A stretch of DNA of 64,000 nt from Balanoglossus misakiensis (lineage: Eukaryota > Animalia > Hemichordata): assembly GCA_040954595.2 (NCBI GenBank), contig CM082590.2:10132088-10196087 (forward strand). Reading direction: 5' to 3'. Every line of letters begins with the position of its first letter. Position 1 is the first letter of the stretch. The position numbers were made by a program, and so were the translations under genes. Below the pieces are notes generated by a model. It had not been told where the DNA came from. It saw nothing but the letters and a program-made list of their open reading frames with translations, and did not search any database. Of the stretch, positions 11,889 through 22,827 are shown one piece after another.

Positions 11889-14800
11889 ATTATTCATGCT
11901 TTCCTGGTTATGGGATTTTTGAATAAATCTGATCACAATAAATATATGTTTTATAATTTCACTGTTTACAGAAAAATAATAATCAGCGATAAGGACATTA
12001 CAGATGTAAGATGTTTCTGTACTGGAAAGAAATAAAAAATAAACCGCAGTGACAGGAGCGGGCGAATTGCACCAGGCATGCCAACAAACGTCACGTTGAG
12101 AAATCGATGTGGTTTAAAGCAACTTGAGAAGTCGGCATAGGGTAATGTTACTGAGCCACGGGCGTTGAGTAGCACACGTTATGTCGGACATAAACTACTG
12201 TCGGCTCCCTTTAAAATCCACATAAAAATTTTGGCCGAAATATTTGCGTGAATAGTTCTGAGTCGAGCTTGTAAAATTTTAGCACTCCCCTTGGAAGGGT
12301 AGATTGCGTCATTGTAGAAGATACAGAGATGTTTCTCATAGCATTTCAGAGCTCGAATCTTCCCTTCCCATGGTCGGTGTAGAATCGGTCAATAACATTT
12401 TCTATCACCTCGATGACCTCTGCCTAAGCCAGAGAGATTATATCGACGCGAACTGCTATTTTCGTCAAGAAAAAAATCCAAGCATGGAACACTAAAATCT
12501 AGAATTTATGAAATCCTTATGTTCGATTTGTAATATCTCTCTTTAATGTTCTTAGATCATCGCAGGAATAACGCAAATTATTTTGTGATTAGATGTTAAA
12601 ATTATTTTTTTTTTCTTATGAACTGTGCCAATTGTTTGAATGTAGCGAAACCTGTATTTTGCTGACGATAACTACGTGTGTTCAAATTAAGAGATATGCG
12701 TTTTTCATAATTTTATTTTTAACTTAATCAAATGCTTCGCGTTTGTGAATCTTATGGGAATAGTTCGACGAGGATTTATGAGGTAGAAAGTGCATCTACC
12801 GTGATATGAGATCGTTTTTGGAGGGAATTATGTTGAAGGTTGTTTGTGAGTTTGGTGCTATCTCAGGGCGCACAAGGAATAGAAGGGACCAACAATCTCT
12901 CATGGATCGTGAGGATTCTCGCGATTTTCTATTCAATAAAAATGGGTATGTATTGCAGATGCTACAGTATGTATTTATTTAAGGAATAAATTGCGTTAAA
13001 ACCTCTAAAGTTGGTCACCTTCCCAAACATCCACTGTTCATCCTCTGCTTGAGATAAAACAACACACCACAGTTAACAAAACTTTGGAGTTATACAGCCT
13101 ACAGCTGTACAGGGCTAAGTACATTATCCCCGGAATATAACAACGACTTATTTTTATTAATAACGACCAATTTAACCTATTGTTAAGTTAATGTATAATA
13201 CCGCGTAATACGTGTAGTCAAAGAAAAAGTAAATCTTTTAAAAAAATATTGCCTATATTTAACACTGCTGTTACTGTAATTTGGGGGGATTTCCCCAAAA
13301 TTTTAAATGACACAGAATAGCTTAATTTTACTGTTTCATAAGTCTTGTTTAACATCGGTGCAATACAAAACTCACGCACAGCAAATAACAATTTCAACTT
13401 CCCCTGTTTTCTGTACTTTTAATTTTTATTGCTGTTTGGAGGGTGTTTCACACGCACAGTTGTTCAACACGTCACCCCAACATTTCAATTTCCATTCTTC
13501 CCGCGCCGATGACAAAATGTGACGAAAAACAATCGAAACTCATAATTGCGAGATGTTCGAGGTCGTTTGATGCGAATCCGAGGTCACTGATATGAAGCAC
13601 ATTTCATTTCCCGTTCCCTTAAACGGAAACTCAACCGGATATTCTCCAAACTTGCGTCATGAACAAGATTGTGTCGTGCACCTTGTGTGTGGTGGCGTAA
13701 AAGAGTATCGCGGGGAATACATACTCAGGCCGTCCGTTCTTTGGTGCTGGTCGGTTTCCAGTCGCCATTATTTAAACTCAAGAGTTTGCGCGCAAATCCA
13801 CCAAATACTAACGTCTACAGATCGATTTAAATGACCTCGTCTGACAAAAGGCAAGATTTCTGTGTCATTGTACACGGATTATCATCGAAAATATACGACT
13901 CTTTTTTTAGATTTTGTCAATATTTGTCACTGTTGTTTTCATGGCGCGTCCGACCACAAGACCCGATGTCAGGTCGAGACTACTGCCACCAATCGTGATG
14001 ATAGGCCGAACACTCGACTCTAGTCCGGCGACTTCAATCTATCCCAACTTCTAAAAACACAAATGGCAAGATATTTTCTGTTACTTCTGTATGGTTTCTG
14101 AAATCATTTATATTAAGACATTACACAAAGGCTAGATTATTAAACCTCCGACTGTTTGTAGACCAGACGAAGAAAACTGAACGTTCGCACCAATCTGCCC
14201 GGCACACAACTTTCACATGTCGGTCGGTATATTGTCGTCTTCCTCGAGCTGGTGCACAAATTTCTTCGTCGGCGAGAGGGACTTAGAAACACGCGAAAAT
14301 GTTTACGATTCTGGTATGACGCATCCTGGTGGATAACGACGTAAGAAAATCGGTACAGACACAAACGTGGTGAATTCGTACACGCAGTAATCGAATTCCA
14401 AATATGTCGTCCGCCCGCCGACCAAACATCATGGCCGCTAGCCTTAACGGTCGCAAAACACCACAATGGTAGATAATACATCTGATCGAAACAACCTTTC
14501 GCCAGGAACCCCCTGCAGATTTCTATCACCAAAATGTCATTTGGTTAAAAATGAAACGCAATAATCGAACATTTCGCTGTAATAAAACCCGGCGAAAAAG
14601 AGCGCAATGCATAAATGATATATCAATTGAAGGGACAAAAAATCACACGTAAACTTAAAATAATATTGGATATCTATTATTGCAAAAGCGATGCCATTGA
14701 AATACGTTTTGGAATATATACAGAAAGTTCTGGTTTAAAGGGGCTATTATATGTGTAGAAGAGTACAGACAACATTGTCTAAATTTGAAATAAGGTATTA

Positions 14801-15600
14801 TTTCAAGTTATGGCTTGGTTTTATCAAAGTTTTAATAATTTGGCTTAGTGTAATGGTGGTGCAAAGGGCAGGCGAAACACACATTCCAATACAGTAGCTT
14901 TAATTTTCGTCCTATTTTATTTTCTTTTGTCACATTCACCAGGTGCACTTAAAGGTTACAAACGTCCAGACAGTTTGAAGTCCATACCCCCGAGGGGACA
15001 AAAACCTTGCTTTTGTCAGCATTTTTGCGCTAATTCTAGTAGAATGGTGTGGCTTTTGACAGAAGAGAAACTGCCTTGTTTTTCGATTAGACACAAAACG
15101 AGGCGCCGCTTGTTTCATCTGCCCGAAATTCACGGCGAGGAGCAGACAACCCGATAGCGATGTCGATACGATTTTTTATGTCGGCGTATCCCGCAGTTTG
15201 GCCGTAAAAACTAACTGAGCTTTCCAGAGCCTGGCTAGTTACTTTTGTGATCAAACACAAAAAGAGCCGCGTCGCTGGCATTAAATATCTCGCCTGTGTC
15301 GAGACTTCGCCGACACAGATCGCTTGCCAGGTAGCAGACAACAAGCCAAGGGGTTCACACAAATTTCGTTCCTCCCTTGCCTGGAACCCTCACTACGAGA
15401 AAATCTTACCTGAATTGTACAAGTTGAAAATGGATTTGATTTTGTGTTTGTTTTATGATTATTATATTGACCATTTCGAATTTCATCGACGTTGGCATTG
15501 TCGCATTTAGCAATATGCCTAGTTGTCAAATTATTAACATAATAACGTTCATTTGAATACCATCCGAATAAATATGATATATTGAGTTTCTCCTGTCATT

Positions 15601-15783
15601 TTTGGCCAATCAGTGGCACTGTATATGCAAATATCAGTGTTTGTCACCTCTTAACTCCGCCCACTTAAACTTTCTGTCCACTGCGGATGGAAGCGATTAA
15701 GGTCAACTTGTAGGGCATGAGCCTACGTCATAAAATAGTACTTAACAGTGCGGCGCGATTCGTATTCAGGTTCCGGGGCGGAG
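15601..15783 (+). promoter_or_regulatory. Core/proximal promoter of the second Hox gene
   Basis: CCAAT box 15606-15610, octamer ATGCAAAT 15625-15632, GC box CCGCCC 15657-15662, TATA-like CATAAAA 15729-15735 (inside GTCATAAAA), GC box GGGGCGGAG 15775-15783. All lie within 300 bp of the ATG at 15898. Confidence 0.7.
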
Positions 15784-15897
15784 ATGAAAGGGTGGGATTT
15801 TTTACCGCGAGTCTTAAAACGCTAGCACACGGGAAGTTTTAGGAGATCGCGACTCTTTACGCAAACTTAGCGCTTCGTGAAGACAGCAGACGCACTC

Positions 15898-16300
15898 ATG
15901 TTGGCAACAGAGAACGCCCCGTTTCTAAACACGAACAAAATGCAACTGCAAGGTTCGACCGAGTGGTGTGGAGGTATGAAGACCAGCATGGATCGACTCA
16001 GCGCCTTGTTCCGAGACAAACAGAACGCCACCGATAACAGCTACGCCAATATGACATCCGAACAGAATATTTATCCGTGCCGATACCCGCAATACTATAA
16101 CAACATGGACCCGGCGAACAGTTCTTACAACGACGCCATGCCGACGTGGAACTCGCTGGATCTCAACCAGACACGACAGTGTTTGAACGGCTTCCAACCG
16201 ACCAGCATGTACAGTGGAGGGGGCAGTATAGCCCAACATCACCCGTACGCCAACACTAACTACGGTGTTCATCCATCTGCATACACAGGCAACGTTCCAG
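15898..16300 (+). CDS. Hox11/13b: Posterior Hox gene (probably Hox11/13b / AmbPb), exon 1
   Basis: ATG at 15898; Y/N/S/P-rich Hox-like N-terminus (MLATENAPFLN...YGVHPSAYTGNVPG). Donor CAG|GTATAG at 16300/16301, phase 1, matches the acceptor at 20853/20854. Confidence 0.85.
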
Positions 16301-19300
16301 GTATAGTAAAATATTACGCTCTCTCCACTGAAAACAATAAGCCTTTATTGCAATGCACCATAAGACAGCTTCAAAAGATAATGGCTTCACACATCGGGTT
16401 GACTCCAATCTAGAAGTAACCAGGTCTGCTCCAATACTGACAAACAAATCCCGAACACCGAACCTCCATGATGTACGATATACATATTGGGGTCAGAAGC
16501 TTGTTTTTAACATTTCTGTGACCCGTGATGTTTAAATTTTCTGACACTAATTGTGACCTATTTTCTTATATCTGTCGTTCAGAAAAAGCCAGTCTTACAT
16601 GTGTATACTATCAAAAACGTGCGAATAACGCCAGTTTTAGGCGAATGGTTCTGGTTATTACGCTCATTGACTTACTATTAATGTATTAAACACACACTGG
16701 GTGACAGCTCTAGTGCGTTGTTGATGACGGAGATATAGCGAACAACGACCCGAGCTAAGTACCCCGAATGTTCCGCGGGTCAACACATTTATCATCCGCA
16801 GTGGGTGACGCGCTTATCTGTCTCGAGACTCAAGAACGTTTAACAAAATAACGATTCAAAACCAAAAATACCAATTTCGCGGCGGCGGGCACTGTGATGT
16901 GCCTGAATCTCACCTCGTTTTGCCGTTGGGCGAATGAAATTGGCCGAGTTTGCTGTCAACTTTTTAGGCAATATGTCTTGTACTGAAAAGTCTCTGTGGA
17001 TTCAATATGTTTCTGAACTCAAGTACGCTGTTTGACCACTTTCGTACAACTGATTTCCCATCCCACATGTGTCTGTCAGTTATCGGGTCAGCAAGCAGGC
17101 ACAGAGAACCGATCGCGTTGGTCATCCGTCTTCAACAAGTCGGTCTCTGGGAAAATAGGCACGAATTTTCTGACAAGTGTCATGTTTAAGCCATCAAGGA
17201 GGTCAACTCTCCTGTCTAGGTAATTAGTTATATGACTAATGTTTTCATCCCTTCGCATAAAGGGGAATCAGAACGGGTCGTAGGCTAAGTGCGTTTTAGT
17301 CGGGATGAGAAACTCAACACCGAATCGGCCGGTCAAACCCCGGGACCCTGTTCAGCCCCTTCATCAATCACACGGCTGCCACCTCGTCCAATTTATCAAG
17401 AAGGCGTCGAAATGATCGTCTGCAAGTGGCGATTCACAAAAGACGTAAACAAAGGACACTCCCGTCTGCAGTGTCTAAGTTTTCTTATTTCATTTTATTT
17501 TGCGCGTATTTTGTTTTAACTTTAAATGTACCGGTAAGTGTTTTAAAAGTAGACGTTCATTAGATGACAAAAATATCAGTGGTATTTCCGTGTACAATTT
17601 TAGGCCAGTGGAAACGCTTTTATTACGCGTGTTCAACGCATTTTTTGTGTTGAAATATAACAATATAAGCTGAAAACGTGTTTAAACCTCAGCTTTCGAG
17701 TACACTACGTGTTTTCGCATGTCTCAAGCGGGGTTTTCGAGTCGCAGAGGCCGCTGAGTCATATATTATGTGCCGTACGTGTTTTCTGCGCCTGGAGCGT
17801 CCGTTGTAGCGACGTCACTGGCGCTTGCATAGGAAGACATTTATCATTCTGTCAGGCGTGCCTGCGAACGCAGTTGTATCGCGCTGAAACATTTGGCGTT
17901 TCCTCCCGATCGTAGTAACCCCACACGTAAGGTCAAGAACTTCTTAAAATGCAATAAATCTACCTTTACCCGAGGTAAACAGTGATGAACGGCTGTATGA
18001 GATTACTCTCATACCAACAGCGAGCGTGCTTATTTCGCGATTACGCGCGAGTCGCGCGCTAAAGCACCAACTGTACTATAACCGGGCGTTGTTGATTAAA
18101 AAACTGGAAATGATACCTATTAGCGACAAGAAAATGTTGTCTATAAGATAATTGATGTTTAGGACCAATTTTGGCTATAGATCACGCAATGTACAAACAA
18201 TATCCGTCATTGGAGACGCAGTATTCGCAAAGTTGGGTAATTCGAGAAAGGTACAACACTAAGAATTGAAACTGACATAAATAAAGTTTAAAATGTTTGT
18301 GACAATACAAATATATATCTTTCTAACATATTATTTCTGTTGTTGGAATTTGTAAAGAAAAATACTTCGTCACAGTGTTGTCTCATTTGACAAAACGTTT
18401 TATAAGTAGTTGTTTCGCGTATAAACAATATGTGACGTAAGAAATTCGTGCGACCTTGGTATCGTTTTATTCAAGGAAACGAAGTCATGTTCGCGGAATA
18501 TTGTGAGCGTTCCACGCCAACCACTTCCTGCGCATGCCACGGAACGCGCATGGCAAGGTGAATTTAAAACCCCGCAAAAAAATTACCCAGACCTTCTGGA
18601 TTTTAATATCGCAGGTCGGCGAGATCAAAGCGAGAGGGGTGGTCATAAAACAGGGTCTTAAAAGATCTGTACAAATGACACTGCTTTGCCACATCAAGGT
18701 ATGGCCGGCTACTCAACATAAACTATCCAATGGCCGACGAGGACAATGACTTCTGATCCCCCCACGACCGGCGGTACCTACATCGCTTCTCTTTTCTGAA
18801 ACAAAAGCCCTCACGTCGACGTTTGTTATCACCGGGCTGTTCAGAACTTACGTGGTTTATTTGACGAACTGACAAGGCGACATGACATTTGTCAACAAGA
18901 TACAGTCATAGTCCTTGTTAAGCATGAGGGCCAAATACTATTTGAAGTGTGCCCACGCGCCTCTCCGTGTACTTGAACTGATGACCAGTTCTGATAGCTT
19001 GGGTCTTTGACGTCGTGTTTTCGCCAGACAATCGTTTATTTTTAGGCCCTAGCCTTCGAATTTGCCCCTTTCAACGCACCCGCGAACAAGTCTGCGGTTT
19101 TTTTCTGAACATATAAACAAGTCAATATTCTGCGAGAGGGCGTTGTCCTCAGAATTGCCATTTACAATTGTGACGTATTCATTTCTGGATTTCATCTTAC
19201 TGCTGGCTTAAAACGACTGAGATTAGTTTTCTATCAACAGACCGAAAAAAAAAACAATTCAATATAAAAATTTTGTGCAGACATATAACAGATATTTGTG

Positions 19301-20853
19301 AAAGGACTCATAGTTTAGCAATGGCTTGGAATTTTTCAAGAATGTACTAAATAGATAAATTATTTAAGGGTTATCAAATAGATACATGTAAACTGTCAAT
19401 TTATTGGATAGGTTTCGCGAGTGTAATGTGTTTGGGAGTCATGCATGTGTTATTAAAATTCAACCCCAAATTAAATCTTTCAGTGTGAAGTTATCTGCGC
19501 GGTGTTATATAGTCTGATAGTTTGAATGAAAGAAATGATATACCGCCGACATATCGTCTGTGTATGTCATAAAAATATGAATGAAAAAAAGTCAAGAGAA
19601 TTTTTTTTATTGAAATAGGATTTATTTTCTGGTCTGGCGACTTTTGTGCTGTTCAGTTCAGTAATGTCTCCCGCCCTGTTTGCTAGCCCTTGCTTCATTT
19701 GTCCTACAAGTTTTACGAGCAGTAAAGGGTGTCCGTCGGCAACTTCAGAGGAAAGATACTCTGCCCGTAAAATCCAGACATGCGGGGTGATCGTCCTCAG
19801 TGGACGCGCGTTAAGAAAAACCGCATGCCGCACACACAAGGCAGAGCGCATGCACGTACTTCCTGGTGAGGTTGTTAAAAATTGGGGTACGTCGAGGTCG
19901 AATTCAAGGTTGATAGTTAATCATGAGATGTGTGATTATTATTACGACCCTTTATGTAATCAAATCGCCACTATGGAGGTTTGAGAAAGAATTATTTAAA
20001 AAACATCATATATCAAATTAAATCAACAAATATTCGTCTCCGCTGCCCCTCTTTATCTCTCTGTCTCTCTCTCCTCCTCTCAATGAATGTTACTTTTAAA
20101 TAAAATACCTAATTAAATTTTCGTCATTAAAACGTCTTCCTATAGTATTTCTCGCGATACAAATATAAGTGGATTTCTTCACCAAGTGTTTCAAAACTTA
20201 CTTAGGCCTGCAATCGTTTGTGGATAATAAAATTATTTGGGTTATTTTAATAAACCTGAATGCAATGTTTGTTGATTTCAGCGTCAAAATACAAAATCAC
20301 TTTTATCCAAGTTCCTTAGCTTTGCCTTATATCAAACTACACGTCAGCGAAACGCCGTAGCGACCTCGCTCTGAGTCACCGACGGCCTTCGTGACGTCAT
20401 CACCATCGCCGGCGCATTTTCTCATGGTAGGCTGGGTCATTGACACTGTCGCGCAAGAGATAATAATTCGTCCACGCGGTTCGTCTGAAGTTCGTCGTTC
20501 ACCTGAAGCACATCTTGATTAAGTTCTACTCGGGACAAAGGCACCGACCATCTAACGAAGTAATACAAATAAACGACGCTGAGAACCATCCCATAAATCA
20601 TTTGCATTTGCGCGACTGGGACAACCTCTTCACAGTCACGTTCGTTCTCAAATCAATACGCGCCAAATTCGTTAGGTGCAATTTTAATTTATGCCTAAAA
20701 GTAATATTTTTTGTTTTATTTTTATGAAAATTTGTTAATTGAACTTACTTATACTTTAATAACTAAACACTGTGAAAGTCGACTCATGGAAAGAGAACTT
20801 CATTTGATATTTTCATAGTTTTGACGATTATTTTTCTATCTTTTTCCTTTCAG

Positions 20854-21158
20854 GAGTAACAGATATGTCAAATTGTAACTGGCTCTCATCGTTTACAACG
20901 ACTCCCAGGCGAACAAAACGACGACCATACTCCAAAATGCAAATCTACGAACTGGAGAAGGCGTTCCAACAGAACGCTTATCTCACGCGAGAACGGAGAC
21001 AGAAGTACTCACAACAGCTGAATCTGACAGAACGACAAATCAAAATCTGGTTCCAGAACCGCAGAATGAAAAGCAAGAAACAGACAGAACGAGAAAAAAT
21101 GGAGGAAAAGGAAAGGCGGGAACACGAACAAACGATGAACATTATTCCAAGCAGCTGA
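20854..21158 (+). CDS. Hox11/13b: Posterior Hox gene (probably Hox11/13b / AmbPb), exon 2 with homeobox; spliced protein 235 aa
   Basis: tttttcctttCAG acceptor. Exon reads (G)[75 protein letters not shown]..., TGA at 21156-21158. 403+305=708 nt, in frame. Confidence 0.92.
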
Positions 21159-22821
21159 ATTAAACCAACCTAGCTTCGCCAAAAATATTTATATATTTCT
21201 TATTTGGGAAATGAGTTTTCTTATTCGTTCAAGTATTTTCTCGTTTTATTTTTGTTTCCGTTCCAAAACGTATGCGATTTCGCAGAGCCAGACCAACCAC
21301 ACAAACGGATAATGTGATACAAAACAGCTGACTAGAGGGCCTGAGTTTTCGACTCGGCTCCCCTAAGTCAGCGATTAATAATTGACAATTCATAGACGAA
21401 CTTTGCTTTGCTTTTTATATTTCCAACACGTGCAATAAGTGTATATACTAACACACAATGACACATACCCTATACCCCTACACACACGCATACACGCACA
21501 AACACACACGGACACATACTTTAACCACAGCTTGCCTAGAAAATAATTTCAGCGAAAGTGAACGCAGAAACATAACTTTTTCTAAAGTCTCGATATTGTT
21601 TAAATTCTCAAATTTTCTTGAGGATTCTAGTCACCGAAATATTATATGAATAGTGTTTTTACGAAGGACACGCTTTATGAAAGCGGCCAGAGTTTGTTTT
21701 ACATGCCGGTGACTGATTTTTGCTTTGCAACAGATATACTTTATTGGAGTTTAAGAATTCCCTTTATTTGAATCCGTCTGTGAATTTTTCTCTAACTGTT
21801 TTTATCCTGTCTACACTTTATCAATTCTTGGCTGAGACAACAGACCGAGCCAATAGTTTATAAGAGATTTTGGCTTTGAGGGCGTACATCTAGAGTACTT
21901 TAACAGGCAGCTACTATAAGTGTCCCTAATTTTCCAGTCCGCTTTTGTATTCAAGTCTATTTATGCAAAATATAGGATGTTTCAACTGCATTTGGAGATA
22001 TTTTCTCTCCTGTATGAGGAGGCAAATGCCAACTTTCCCAACTGAATTCAGTACTTATGCCTCTCAGAGAATATACTTTTTTGTACGGCGTGTGCACAAT
22101 ATGGCGAAGTCGCGCGTCTAGGTCACAGAAATTTGCGTTTTGTCTGATAGCGTACGTTGTCTTACCTCAGGTGTTTTGGGAGAACATATGAATATTTTAG
22201 TTAGCACTTAATTCATTTAGTCTGTTCTCCAAATGTATAGACCAAGTTATCAAAAGGAGTATTGGACATACTTAATACCCCGAGACATACAGCTTAACAT
22301 CACCAAAGTTTTACTTTACTGTTGTTCTTGTTGTATTGATTTGTCAAAATAAGCGTCGTAATGTTTACTTGTTTTTAATGTCTCTGGGGAGAAATAATGC
22401 ATTTATTCTTTGTGAATAATTGCTGAAATAGGGGTGGCTATCAAAAGACAAAACTAGATTTTTAAAACAATGTCCTGAGTGGCAAGAATGCGCTTAGTCA
22501 AGGCAACAGACAGTTTACACGGATGTTTAAATTTGTAGTAAAATTATTGCTTTTTGCAATCAAACATAAAACTAACTCAGGCGCTTAAATTTGTAGACAT
22601 GATGCTCTCGAAAAGAAATCAATTATTTCATTTTCATATGTTATTTTTGTAGTGCTTATTACATTTAGTCACTCGGAAATATATTTCCTGTGATAGATTT
22701 GTATCATATAAATGTCGAATTTCCAAAAAAATGTTAACTTTCACCAGAGAACTTCGTCATGTCATGAATGTTTTCGTAACAAACAATCTGGATACGTATA
22801 AGTTGAGACTGTTATATATCT

Positions 22822-22827
22822 AATAAA
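22822..22827 (+). terminator. Probable polyadenylation signal of the second Hox gene (3' UTR about 1.7 kb)
   Basis: AATAAA at the end of a long AU-rich tract, with T-rich sequence downstream. Confidence 0.5.

Noticed and set aside
16301-16413. C-terminal part of the 178-aa ORF 15877-16413
   Set aside because: Read-through into the intron past the GT donor at 16301; the GTG start at 15877 is also less likely than the ATG at 15898
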